A DNA stretch of 64,000 bases from Phoronis australis. Taxonomy: Eukaryota > Animalia > Phoronida. The stretch is from NCBI GenBank assembly GCA_002633005.1, contig NMRA01000151.1, positions 305,613 through 369,612 on the forward strand. The letters run 5' to 3'. The notes under the pieces were generated by a model that saw only the letters and a program-made list of their open reading frames with translations, did no database searches and had not been told where the DNA came from. Of the stretch, positions 1 to 11,959 are shown in pieces. Numbering within the stretch: position 1 is the stretch's first letter; each line of letters opens with the position of its first letter. The position numbers and the translations under genes are program-made.

Positions 1-14
1 GTGTCAGTGGAAAA

Positions 15-779
15 TTGCAAGATGGTGGTTCGCAATTCACTTCGACTGAGTTCGAACGTTTCATTCGCGATTGGCAGATTGTGCACACGAAATCGAAACC
101 AATGCACCAGAGCGCGAACGGAAAGGCCGAGGCTGCAGTGAAGCAGATGAAAAATCTTATGTTGAAGACAGCCAAATCGGGAAACGATATATATTTGGCA
201 ATCCTCGAACAGCGAACGACCCCGAACGCGACTGGTATAAGCCCAAGTGAACTGATGTTCAACCGTAAAATAAGAACACAATTGCCCGTGATGAACAGAA
301 ACATCAAACTAAACGTTAGCCTCGAGAAAGCGCGACAGCGGAGAGAAGCGCGAAAGGCAACGGTGAAGCGATACTATGACAAAAATTCGTGTGATCTACC
401 GGAGCTTGTCATAGATCAACCCGTATATTTTCAACATAAAGAAGGTGACATATGGATTCTTGGAACGGTTGTACAGAAATCCGGCACACAAAGTTATTTT
501 GTGAAAGCGGAGAACGGACAAATATTCGAACGCAATCGAAAGCATATTCGTCCTACGCAAATTAGGCCAAACATCCGTGAAAAATCTCCGGAACCGAAAG
601 TGCCTAACGCCGAAACCGGTCAGTCAACGGCATCGGGAAACGGTAATGCACCACAGACAACCGCAACCGGAAACGCTGACAACAGTATATCACCGACAGA
701 CAATCTCCCTGTTGTAGTGCCGAGACGTTCACAACGAGTGACCAAACGACCAAATTATCTCAGGGACTATGATTGCTGA
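15..779 (+). CDS. Gypsy pol C-terminus: integrase core end plus C-terminal domain (5' part lies outside the window)
   Basis: DGGSQFTSTEF...HQSANGKAEAAVK (second D and E of the DDE motif), SPSELMFNRKIRT, and W..G.V...SY.V...G..F.RNRKHI. Frame is open. Confidence 0.9.
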   Translation: MQDGGSQFTSTEFERFIRDWQIVHTKSKPMHQSANGKAEAAVKQMKNLMLKTAKSGNDIYLAILEQRTTPNATGISPSELMFNRKIRTQLPVMNRNIKLNVSLEKARQRREARKATVKRYYDKNSCDLPELVIDQPVYFQHKEGDIWILGTVVQKSGTQSYFVKAENGQIFERNRKHIRPTQIRPNIREKSPEPKVPNAETGQSTASGNGNAPQTTATGNADNSISPTDNLPVVVPRRSQRVTKRPNYLRDYDC

Positions 780-971
780 TGAACATTAATTTTTGTTTAA
801 GTGATTGCTCATATAAACATTTGATTAAGTGACGATTTAGTTTAATGATTTTGTGTAAGAAACATATGATAACTGGATTAGTTTGTTCATTTTGACGCCG
901 TAGGGAAACTCATATCTGGTAAAAAGGGAAAGAAAAACTTGTGAGTTTTTATTTGATTTGAGAAAGGGAGA

Positions 972-1120
972 TGTTGATATGAGCGACCTCTACCGGTCTC
1001 GATATATGTTACATAGTGTAAACAGTTGTTAGTTGTAGTGTGAGCACCAGTTAGTGCACATCAATAAAAGCAGTACTAGTTATCCTGAAGATCGTTCTTT
1101 ATTCACATAACAACTCAACA
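972..1120 (+). repeat. Short (149 bp) 3' LTR
   Basis: Starts TG right after the PPT, ends CA, 6-bp terminal inverted repeat, internal polyA signal. Confidence 0.8.
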
Positions 1121-3251
1121 GTGGATCGGTGTACTGATACTTAAATATAAATCTTGATACTATTTCAAATAAAACCTTATTTTCACTTGGATCAAATTCT
1201 TTACATCCATTTAGAAAAAATTTGATTTTGTTATACACTTGAGGAGCATCTGAATATTTTTGTAAACACTGAGGACTGGGGTATTGTTCGAGTTTCTGGA
1301 AAACCAGTACCTTCTGCTACCCGTATACAGCACAAGCAAAGAAAACAACTGATGCAAAACAAACCAGTGCCTCCGGCTCCACCGTTGTTTCAGGCACTGC
1401 ATGTGCACCTGGCAACAGGATAAGTACTTGTGTACTTCCAGTTCCATTAGTGATATTGTTCGTGTTAGTTTCATCAAACCGGCCAGCTTAAAAACACTCA
1501 CTAGTAGATCACAGGCAAGAAATGTCATAAATCAGACAGGAAGTTTCTGCCTATAAAAAGAGATTTTCTCCCGAGTGTCTTTGCTAAGTTAAACTAAATG
1601 TGTCAGCCTCCACCAACTCACAAACACACATTATTCCGTATTCGCGAGTTACAAGGGAAAAACAGCATCTTCTATCCCTGAAATATCCAACATTCTACAA
1701 AGCAAATACTGCAACCAGATCAGATACTACCGTATAAGGGGTCTCACCCACAATAGGATAGGTATCACGATCGTTTGTTGTAAATGGGAAGAAGAAGAAC
1801 CTGTACAGGAAACCGTCATCAAACTGTGGTGTTTCTTGAAGACATGTTCTAAAAGGTTTTATTTTGAGAGTAAATAGTCTCGTCGTTGACATCTCCAGCT
1901 GGACGTTATCGCCAAACAACACATGTCCTTACTCATGTGCATGCGATATATTAGTTGTGTCATTACATAATGTGTTTTGGTCGTGATAGACCAGCCCGAA
2001 AATTCTCCCCTCATTTTCGGGTTGGTCGAAACTCCTGAGTAAACCCAATGCCTATATTTGACCGGTAATGTGCGATTTCACACTAATACACATTAGCTGA
2101 TGGCACTAAGATAAGTTGCCTTACGAAACAACACGTCTGTTTTCACTTTTTCGCTATTCTGGTGGATTTAAACTGAAATTCAAAATCTTCATGAAATTTT
2201 GACCTCCGTATGTGCTCTCTCCGTAAAGCTAAGGTCGCTTCAGTCAGACCAGCCGAGTTTGAAGTAACTTTTAGTATTACTACGCGGTAAAGCGGTTTCC
2301 TTTGTTTTGAATTTTATATCAATTAAGAATTTAATTTACACTTATAATTTCAAAGTAAATGCACAGAAAATTGCAAGGAATATCAGAAATCTGAGTTAAA
2401 ATTCCTGAGAAAGTAACAAATTTCACAAATTTGTGAATCCGAAACGGTCTAATTTGCACAGTGCCACGGTATTCTAAGTAATTCATTCTTGTGGGTGTCG
2501 TGAGCACATGTATGAACTGTAAAGTGTTGTCATTTTTTGCCATTTCAAAACGAGAGCGACAAATGACAGTATTCAAGCACATACATTTTTTTGTTGTAAA
2601 GTGAAAATCCGGATGAAAATCGACGTTAATTTCAAGAGTGAACGATTTTTGTCAGAAGTCATGGAGAAAATCTGGATGGAAGTTGGACGAGAAATGACAA
2701 TAAAATTTTTGAAAATTTACTGAGAGTTTTTGCTTCAAAATTCCATTTATTTCCACGAGAATTATCATGAACTTTTTAAAACAACCACATTACAATCAAT
2801 GCTGAACGGCAGTTTGACCGTGACACAGATATTTGGTGGTTATACCATCCACAAACACGCATGTGTTACAAGTTCTAAATCCGTGTTTGTTAAAATCGAA
2901 TCTAGTATATTGGAATGATTGAATGTTATAAATGACAGGTACGTGAATACGACTCAAAAGTGCTTTTCCTGAACCGTCTAATTTTGTATATTATGGGTTA
3001 ACTGAACAGACTTGTCGAAAAAGTGCTGTACTGTTTAGTGTATAAACTTAATGCGGCTGAAAAAAGCTTCATATATATGAATGATGTGTTGACGTTCAAG
3101 GCATCTCACCATTCACGTAGTTCCATTGCCAAACCAGGCGTAATTATCATGTTTATTGACCCACAGCCGAGAGAGTAATGAACTATTGAAATCGCTGATA
3201 AAAGCGTGTCAAGTTTATAGTCCCTGTAACCCCTGCGATTCCATCACCTCT

Positions 3252-3654
3252 AACTTGGAATCCTGCTTAATCTCAAGATTAAGCGAAAGTGAGTGTTGCG
3301 CGAACTTGGAATACGCAAGGTAACTTTGACAAGTTCACTCAAATAATCACGTTTCATGTTCATAAAAATTTGCACTGCACTAAATCAAGTTATATTTGAA
3401 TAAAATAATGTCAATTTTAACCAACCTTTTCAACTGTGGGCGATCAGTTTCACCAAACGATAATACATTTAGCCATTCACATATTCCTACGGTTCAGCGA
3501 CACAAGTTACGGTAAAGGAGAAAATGGCAGATCACTAGGCCAATAATTACAAAAATTCTTTTCACCGAACAAAAGTTTCATCTTTTTGCCTATAAGAACA
3601 TTCAATTCCAAGTTCACGGATACGCAACCTTGAGATTAAGCAGGATTCCAAGTT
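3252..3654. mobile_element. MITE-like element with inverted repeats
   Basis: aacttggaatcctgcttaatctcaag at 3252 and its reverse complement ending at 3654; a second inner aacttggaat/attccaagtt pair. True termini and TSD not resolved. Confidence 0.55.
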
Positions 3655-3794
3655 CACGCAAAACATTATCACGATCATTTCACGATATAAGGCCGCCAGG
3701 ATCAACAACACAGGATCGATAAAACTGGATTGAATTCATGAAACGGTATTGAATTCACAACACGATAGGATATATGAAACAGAACCGATTAAAC

Positions 3795-4436
3795 CACAGG
3801 CGCCTTCAGCTTCTGATAGTCTAAAATACACTATACTAGAAGGTATGACACTCCGGACTAGAAACTCCACGGGTGCTTCACATCAGCCGTCCATAGCAAA
3901 CACCAAACTCAATAAATTTACACAAAATAGACATTTAACAAACCATGAGGAATTGTTTTTTCTCCATTTACGGTGTCCTGGTTCAGCGAGTTCGCAAGAA
4001 ATTCGTTGTCAAAGCACAAAAATCTTCCCAAAATGCCCGTCCGGAGCAACTCCTTGGTCCCGCGAAGGTCAAGGATGATACAGAATTATCCGATGAGTTA
4101 CGGATGAACGGCAGTTGCCGATTTGTCTCGATTTCTGTATCATCCTTGGCCTTCGCGGGACCAAGGAGTTGCTCCGGACGGGCATTTTGGGAAGATTTTT
4201 GTGCTTTGACAACGAATTTCTTGCGAACTCGCTGAAGCAGGACACCGTTAAATGGTATTGGGAGAAAGAACAATTCCTCATGGTTTGTTAAATGTCTGTT
4301 TTGTGTAAATTAATTGAGTTTTGTGTTAGCTATGGACGGCTGTAGTGAAGCACCCGTGGAATTCCTAGTCCAGAGTATCATACCTTGTAGTATTATATAG
4401 AGTATTGGGGACAATCAGATGCTGAGGATGCCTGTG
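3795..4436. mobile_element. Fold-back MITE with ~290-bp arms and 8-bp TSD; CACAG termini fit the P-superfamily CANRG pattern
   Basis: Arms about 3795-4085 and 4133-4436 are reverse complements; exact TSD GATTAAAC at 3787-3794 and 4437-4444; termini CACAGG...CCTGTG. Confidence 0.85.
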
Positions 4437-4473
4437 GATTAAACAGTATTGAATTAAGTAAACAGGACGAAAC

Positions 4474-5188
4474 GGCACTAGTCGGATATAATGGACCCTA
4501 ACTTATTCCAAATAAATCCACTAAATTTAGGTCCAAATGAATGATTTTGGTATTGTTCCATTCCTCAGACATCTGGCTATCCGTACAAATCCTTTTCATG
4601 ACCCTCAATTACTCTAGTCTATAACTACACCATTCAGAACTCTGCCCACTTTAGCCAGGTGCATCGTGAAATCGGCAGCCATTTCAGGGAACTTACTATA
4701 TCTAGCGCCATCTATCGGCGATTTTCTACAACACACGCTGTTCCTTTTTCATCAGTCAACATCATTGCTTGATTTCGTCAATTATTAACGTCATCGTTAT
4801 TACCGGTAATCATTGTTACGTCTGCTCTCGTCATCACCTTCGTCGTCTCTCTCACTATCGTATCTGTCATCGTCATGTTATCGTCGTCCATGTTGACTGA
4901 TGAAAAAGGAACACAGCATGTTGCAGCAAATCGCCGATAGATGGCGCTAGATATAGTAAGTTCCCTGAAATGGCTGCCGATTTCACGATGCACCTGGCTA
5001 AAGTGGACGGAGTTCGGAATAGCATAGTAACATAGACTAGAGTAGTAGAGAAATTGAGGGTCGTGAAAAGGATTTGTACGGATAGCCAGATGTTTGAGGA
5101 ATGCAACGATACCAAAATCATTCATTTAGACCTACATTTAGTGGATTTATTTGGAATAAGTTAGGGTCCATTCTATCCGACTAGTGCC
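4474..5188. mobile_element. Fold-back MITE with ~290-bp arms and 8-bp TSD; GG termini (Merlin-like, family uncertain)
   Basis: Arms about 4474-4762 and 4890-5188 are reverse complements; exact TSD GACGAAAC at 4466-4473 and 5189-5196; termini GGCACTAGTCGGAT...ATCCGACTAGTGCC. Confidence 0.85.
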
Positions 5189-5803
5189 GACGAAACAGCA
5201 TTGAGTTCACTACGGCTACGAGTACGAGTGTGGATTGAATTGAATGAGTATCACTATGAATACACAAGTTAGGATTGAATTGTCGTATCGAGTTCATTAA
5301 ATGGAATTGAATATACAATTTGATATTTTTTGCCGAAATGGCCGCCCATATAAACCAACCTCATGACCGACGTCAAGATAATGCAAATATACAGTTAGCC
5401 AGTACATCCCTACCTCAACTCAGCACGACAGTCGACTTTGGAGTTTGCGAGATGTCACAAGTATGCTTACATCAGTTTAGTAACTGCTCTTTAGTTATAA
5501 AAGAACCCATTTTGTTTTTACTGATTAATTAAAATTTTAAATAAAATATATGAACTTTAAGAAATTATCATCATATTTTCTCTCATTTCAAATAGGCCTA
5601 ATGAAAAATTAAATACGTTACAAATATAAAAACCAGGAAGCACTCCTCCCGGAAACTTCGTCCAGGTGGCGCGTTTCGCTGAAGAAAAGCCAAACGTCTC
5701 AAACTAAGGTTTCTGGCCAACCTCGACAAAATGAGTATTTTACGAATCTAATAAACGAGTCGCAGTTGATTTTTAGTCTTCGTCGCTGTCAGTCGTGACA
5801 GTC

Positions 5804-6649
5804 ATGTTGTCTTCCGAAGCCAGGCGATCGTTTACGAAATATGCTTGCAGACTTGGTCAGCCTTCGATTTCTTTTCTAATTCTATCCCGAGGCCGAACGC
5901 AGTCATCCCGGAGTCCTATTTCTACTATAGGCTGTGCTGTCAGTGGCAGCCAAAAAAGACTGACTATTGCCATTAGTGGCATCACTTCACAGCGTGCTGG
6001 TGGACATGTGCTCGCGTACAATGACAATGTTATAAACAAGCGAGGGTTTACCGTTGTACGTACGACAGGCTATGGATTGGTGTGGTCATTAGAAAACGTA
6101 ACATGGGAGACTGGTTCTAGACAATTCAGCAGCACAACTGGTTCCCGAACAGCATTTTATGATGTTCTGGAGATAACTCCCCGAGCAACTCAAGCTCAAG
6201 TTAAGCAGGCATTCTATAGGTTATCAAAACTGTATCACCCAGATATCAACAAGACCAAAGAAGCTAAGGACAAATACACTCAGATTGTTGAGGCTTATGA
6301 AACCCTTGGTAACAAGCGACATCGCAGAATGTACGATTCTGGAATTTTCTCTACGGAACATGGAAGTTCTGAAGGTCAGTATGAGGACCCAAGGACTTAT
6401 AGACCCGAAGGGGGGTTTAAGAAAAGAAACCAGGCTCCACCAAAGGGGAGATCTGGAGTATATAACTATGATGAGTTTTATAGAATGCACTACAAGGAAA
6501 CATTTCAGCGTGCCAAGAACATCAGGCGTGAGAAGGAAAATGAAGACAAGACTAAGACAGCTTACGGGACTGAAGACTCGAAACATTTAGTTTCTGTTGC
6601 TCTGATGTTTAGCATTGTTGTGTATATATTAGTCAGGTCTCAACGCTAA
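5804..6649 (+). CDS. DNAJC30: Intronless DnaJ (type III J-domain) protein, DNAJC30-like, probably mitochondrial
   Basis: First ATG at 5804; R/S-rich N-terminus like a mitochondrial presequence; J domain FYDVLEI...VKQAFYRLSKLYHPD...IVEAYETLGN...RRMYD with intact HPD; YNYDEFYRMHY motif and C-terminal hydrophobic helix as in DNAJC30 homologues. Orthology not tested. Confidence 0.8.
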   Translation: MLSSEARRSFTKYACRLGQPSISFLILSRGRTQSSRSPISTIGCAVSGSQKRLTIAISGITSQRAGGHVLAYNDNVINKRGFTVVRTTGYGLVWSLENVTWETGSRQFSSTTGSRTAFYDVLEITPRATQAQVKQAFYRLSKLYHPDINKTKEAKDKYTQIVEAYETLGNKRHRRMYDSGIFSTEHGSSEGQYEDPRTYRPEGGFKKRNQAPPKGRSGVYNYDEFYRMHYKETFQRAKNIRREKENEDKTKTAYGTEDSKHLVSVALMFSIVVYILVRSQR

Positions 6650-7684
6650 CTTTTTCTTTAACTTGTTTACAAGGGCTTAACTTCCGGGGGGGATGGTGGG
6701 GTGCGATCATCCCTCTAATAATTGTCGATCTTGTCAGGAAAAGAAACAAATTGGGCAAGGAAGTAAAAAATTGGGCAAAGAGCACAAAAAAATGGTTTCA
6801 TGTGGTCTTTTGATTGTTTGTGATAAAATTGTCTTACTCATAATTGTGAATTTGCATAGTATAGTTATCCAATTTTGTTGTCATATTTTCTTCACAATGC
6901 AATCTATTGGGGCCAACCATGTTGCCTGCACAAATCTGATGCATCACAAGAGACATCAGGCTACTTGCACTCTTTTTTAATTGTTTCACGTCATGTGTTG
7001 TTTAAATATGAGAATGAGATGTATCAAAGAAGATGCATGGGACAAGTTTGCGACCATTAAATTCAAAGTGCTTCAATTTGACTCATGACAGGATAGATGA
7101 TACTCGTGAATCCTAATTGGTTCACACTTTTTCAGCTACTTTTGTTTTTACTTGGCTTTCACAAAACAAGACAGTTTGTTTAAAAGTATTTTTGTGGTCG
7201 TAATGCAATTTTAAGAATAAACGAGTTTGAAATCATTGAATGACAGTGTTACATTATAGTTTGGGTGAGCTTAATTAATTTTGTTCTAGAGAAGCTAGTA
7301 TTGAACAAGTTGCCAATAGTATGTTGTAGATACATCACAGGATCACTAACTTTTACTTTTGGAAGAAAAGAGTTTGTTTCTAAACTTTTATGGAAAGTTC
7401 TAAACTGCTACTAGTGTGATGAGTCCTCCCTGGGAGTTATTTGATATTGGTCCTAGGTTCTCCACAGTACATTTCAAAGTTCCGTCCTGATAGATATTTG
7501 CCCATTTTTGTCTATCAGAAAACTTTGATGTGCAAATTCTGGATACATACTTGGAATAATTTATGCCATTTTTCATAAATGTCTCTGCATTCTGATTTTT
7601 TTTTGTTAGAGGTGATAATGAAGACACCAGGTTCAGGACAGTAGGTTTATATTTGAAGACTAAGTACCAACCAAATTACACTTC

Positions 7685-7850
7685 AGTCCATCAGTCATGC
7701 CAGTTTGTTTGCGTAAAGCGATGCCTGTTGAGAATTCGACTAGCCAGTCAGAAACGCCAGTGAAAAAAAAATTTACCAAGGAAAATTAAGTGATACCTGC
7801 GTGCTGGCGCGGCTACTGCCCCATCTAGCAGCACGCAGGGAACCAGCGAG
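7685..7850 (-). repeat. Copy of an unclassified dispersed repeat (also at about 44900-45190 and 45597-46198)
   Basis: ccatcagtcatgccagtttgtttgcgtaaagcg...tacctgcgtgctggc...gcacgcagggaaccagcgag is the reverse complement of 45607-45760. Confidence 0.7.
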
Positions 7851-9634
7851 GACATCCAGTAGCTCCCACCTAGTGGTCATATTGTAATGCTATACAGGGA
7901 CAGACTATTAGTCAGTCGGCTGACATCCAACATCCAATAGCCGCCCCACGTGGTGGTCAAATCTTCCAAAGGGAGAGTGAGCTGGTTAGTTGGTTGACCA
8001 ATGAGATAAATATAGCTGGAGTTGAAGATACGTGGTTTCCGTTGAGCGGAGTGGTCCGCCAACTTGTTGATGAACCGTGTTAGTCGAGATGCGTGTGTTG
8101 TGTGTAGTAGTCTATAGGAACGAATATTAGTAACAACACGTGATTTCAAGTAAAACTTGTAGCTTTAATGTTAGGATCATCAAGTCCAAAATAGGATTTT
8201 TAAAACTTATTCAAGAAAATCATTGCATACTTGAGCGCAGAATTAAAGGTGTTAACACTTATCTTTAGTTATATCACAGAAACATAAAAAATAAAGTATG
8301 ATTTCCAGTATAATCCAGAACCCGATATAATTTTTTAGTCTTTGGAGGTTTAAAAATTGAAAGTGAAATAATGGTTTTGTGGGTGAGAATTCGATCGCAG
8401 AAACAATATTGTTCAACTTCGTTTGGTCCCTGGAACACCCACTGAAGTCGATGATTCATGATCCGACTGCTTGACTTTCCTTCTTAGTCCGGTATGTCTT
8501 TAAGGGTTTAGTGACCTTATTTTCTCCGAGATTCTGTTGTTTTCTAACAACGAAGAAACACAAAAAGTGATTACAAAACTAATAGTTGTACATTTTTACA
8601 GAGTGGACACCAATTCGAAGATTTATTAATATAGCCAGGTTATTAGGAATAGGGCAGGATCTAAGGACGGGATACCCCAAGAATGCTTCACCCCACAATA
8701 TTATATTGGGACGGTAGATGGGTTGTTTCTGTAGATTTCAAGAGACGGGACAAATGTTTTGTAGCCTAGCAAGCTATTAAAATCTGCAACTGTTGTACTT
8801 GAGGAAAACTGTCATTTTTATATTCTGTCTTGTTTATGGTCTTCTGATACTTGCAGTGTATTAATGCCTGGGTATGTAGGACAGGGCAGATAGACTTTGC
8901 GACCATTGAGTTTTGTCATATTTATTTTGTGACGGGGTGTTGTCAATATAAATGCACTGGTAACATAATTGTGTGCCAGTAAATGTCGGAACCAACTGAT
9001 TTGAGGGATTAAATTAGAGTTTGTTGAAATCTGACTTTTGCTGAAGTGGAGTGCATGTACCAGTACGGTGCAGTAACGTTGTAGTTTGTACTAGCTAGAC
9101 ATTTCCCTCTTACTGTCAAGGTGTGATTTTACTGCGTGATTATGATATTTTGAAATAAATCAAAACTTTATTATTTGTAAGGTTAACAGTATCTCAATGT
9201 GGCGTTTCTGTGTGAACATTTTTTGTTGTCCTCATTCTGGATGGCCAATGAAATGGAAGTGTGCTTGTTATTGACAGAAAAAACTACGATTCCGCACATC
9301 GTGGTCGTATAAAAGGAGTACATTGATTGGTGTAAACAATAATATTGGAAAAAATAATAATGCAAACACCTTTTTAAAACGCTAGTTCCGCTTATATACA
9401 TGTATTGCAGCCGGTGTGTTGTTTTAGAACAGAGTCTATGACAGTTGTTTGAACTGTGAGACATGTCGTTTCAAGCTGTAAATTACCAGTTCACCACGCT
9501 AAGATGAATTAGGCAACAGGACAAGTAAAACTAGATAGTTAAAGGAAAGTTAAGAGCGTATCACTGATGTAATTTTCCTTGAGACAACTCAGCACCCCTT
9601 ACATGGGTTTTATTTTTTGAAAAAACGTCCGCAT

Positions 9635-10351
9635 ATTTCCAGCGCTCGGCTATGCACTAGATCACCAGTTCAGGGATGCCACCGCTGGCCGCTGATGGGG
9701 CCGCGCCGATGCGAAAGACTTGGTGGGCGAGGCCTCCAAAGGAAACTCCTGTAGTTGAAGCAGGAACGGGTAACCGATGATCCACTAAGGTGTTGGAACA
9801 GGGGGCTTGGACTGGGCTGAAAGATAGAAAAGTACAAAGTTAGGGCAGCTACACTAACAGGGCAATGGGGAGTTTTAGACAGCAGGAATAGTAAGTGAGA
9901 CTTGTCCCGAGCTGTGCTTGAAAGTACGCATAGTGATGACCACCCAGTCACCAGAGGAGAGGAGGACGACGTCGCTGACCTGTATGACGTGGGAAGCAAG
10001 TGAGGAGGAGGTGACTTTGAATTCGCCGACGCTGAGGAAACGCTGGAACATGGGACGTGCTAGAACAGAGACGGTAAAAGAACAGGGTGCTGAAGGACAG
10101 GCGTCGAAAAGGTGATGCTGCAAAACTGAAGCAATTTGCAGGCGTTCGTCAGACAAGGAACGAAGATTGGAAGCGCCTTTGAGGAGATTTTTGATGAAAA
10201 AAATGGCCTCGCCTACCAAGTCTTTCGCATTAGCGCGGCCACATCAGCGGCCAGCCGTGGCATCCCTGAACCGGTGATCCAGCGCATGGCCGGACGCTGG
10301 AAATCTGATGCATTAAAAAACTACATTCGCATGTACGATTTTTCTCTTTAA
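9635..10351. mobile_element. Decayed tyrosine recombinase of a DIRS/Ngaro-type element, with an inverted duplication
   Basis: - strand frames give FLSVGEFKVTS..HVIQVSDV...VITMRTFKHS and CP.VAAL..Y......PLFQH.SGSSVTR..F; + strand gives FRISAATSAASRGIPEPVIQRMAGRWKSDALKNYIR (H-x-x-R region, GRW and catalytic Tyr). Confidence 0.8.
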
Positions 10352-11959
10352 CCAGGCTTCACTCAACTCCCAGAGTCTGTTGTTGCAGCTCCCCATTTCT
10401 CACACTTTTCTTTTCAGTCTCATCCCACTACGATGGGTCTGTAGTTTCAGCCCATTTTCGGTTCCCCCCAGGTCAGGTCTGTTGTTGCAGCCAACCTCCT
10501 CCCCGTGCAGGTCTGTCGTTGCATGCAGCCTGCGACCGCGAAGGTCTGTAGTTGCAGCCTTTGCAAATACTAGTGATTAGTCCTCGTTTCTTTTTAACTC
10601 GGGTTCCATTGTTGAATTTTATATTCTAGTTTTAGTTATACCTTTATTCCTTCATAGTCTACCGTTGTTATTGCCAGGTTTATGCTTCCTTTGATGGGTC
10701 ATGTCAGTATTCCCATACTACAATTATGGCGCTTTTTCCATGACCATCTTGTAGAGTCTTAGTTCTTTTTATGTCATAAGAAATGACACTACCCAATCGT
10801 CATTTTGTTTTAGTCTGCAACATAGCTCGTGGCGCACCCCTGGCAAAATAGATTACAACTATTCAAATTCTCTCAGAGATTTGTAATTCCCCGGGTTGTC
10901 CTCCTGGGATTGAATCAGTTCCTCAACGCGATCCTCGTTTTCTTTAGAACATGCAGTCTTGGGTCTCCCATTGCCACTTAGCCACTTTTACGCGCAACAA
11001 ACCTTGTGTTGCGTATTTTAGCAATAAGTCTATTTACAGTCGCACGACTCCACCCTTCTCCTGGGAACTCACTTACGATTCTTCTTCCGCTCCTCCCTTT
11101 CTCCTTGAGACAAGTTTCAATTGTAAGTTCATCACTTGCAATCAAAGGCATCTTTACAAACAGGAATATTAGAAAGAACTAACTTGGCTACAGACTGGAC
11201 AATAATATTTACCTAAACATCATTCAAGAAGGAATGGAATCACCGGAGCCAGCCCAAGAGTTATTATCTCTGCGACGAAGGATGTTAAAGTTGTGTCTCC
11301 GATGAGTTGCCAGCAGTCACTGGTACGGTGCGCGGCTTTAGACGCTCTGCGGCTGGGTTTTTAAACGCCAATGGAGGTAAGTTTTGTATTTATCCCATGC
11401 GCTTTGAATCCTTAAGTTTCTTACATTTTTTCGGCAGATTTTTCAAATACTTCACCAAGACTGTTCACACGGCGGATCACATCCTATATGTATGTACTTG
11501 CGCGTTAGGTTGCAAGTTTTCTCTTGTAAAAGAAACAGTTTTAAAAGTAACGATTTATTTCTTGAAAAGAGGTCGCAAAGATGAAAACAACCGCAACTGT
11601 GCTATGAACTTGTAAGTAACATCTCCTGGAAATGGTTGAAAAACAGCAATATTTGATAGTTTAATTTCCTAGGAATCGTAGACGATATAGTATTCAACAA
11701 TTGAAAACTGAGACATAAGTGTCTTATAATTAACAGTTTTGTTCCAGATTTTACGTTTAGGACCTTGTTGCGTGTCAAGTGTTAGTAACACTGCTGCAAC
11801 TCTATTACTTTAAACTATATTCGCAAAGTATGATGATCGAACTAGCTAAAGACGTCGAGCAGACATTGACCTACCTTTTGAACTTTCCATATCAGAGGTC
11901 GCTGTTGAAGTAGTGTAGGAGGTGAATACGGAAAACTTTTTTACATGACCGTATTTCCC

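Larger units (their letters stand above)
1..1120 (+). mobile_element. 3' end of a Ty3/Gypsy LTR retrotransposon (integrase tail, PPT, 3' LTR)
   Basis: Integrase ORF to 779; polypurine tract agaaagggaga at 961-971; then LTR 972-1120 with TGTTGA...TCAACA inverted termini and AATAAA at 1063-1068. Confidence 0.9.

Noticed and set aside
3945-4281. Near-identical ORFs on opposite strands (3945-4235 + and 3983-4273 -)
   Set aside because: A by-product of the fold-back palindrome; no recognisable protein motif.
4778-5125. 115-aa ORF with a D/T-rich tail
   Set aside because: Lies in the second fold-back element; the tail comes from its low-complexity loop.
5804-6649. Intronless DnaJ gene as a processed pseudogene
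   Set aside because: Frame and HPD motif are intact, no polyA tail or TSD is visible, and human DNAJC30 is also intronless.
7883-8138. Possible solo LTR (TGTAAT...CAACA)
   Set aside because: No matching TSD and no second copy in the window.
8400-8700. Faint GIY-YIG-like (Penelope) traces on the - strand
   Set aside because: Too degenerate to support without a profile search.
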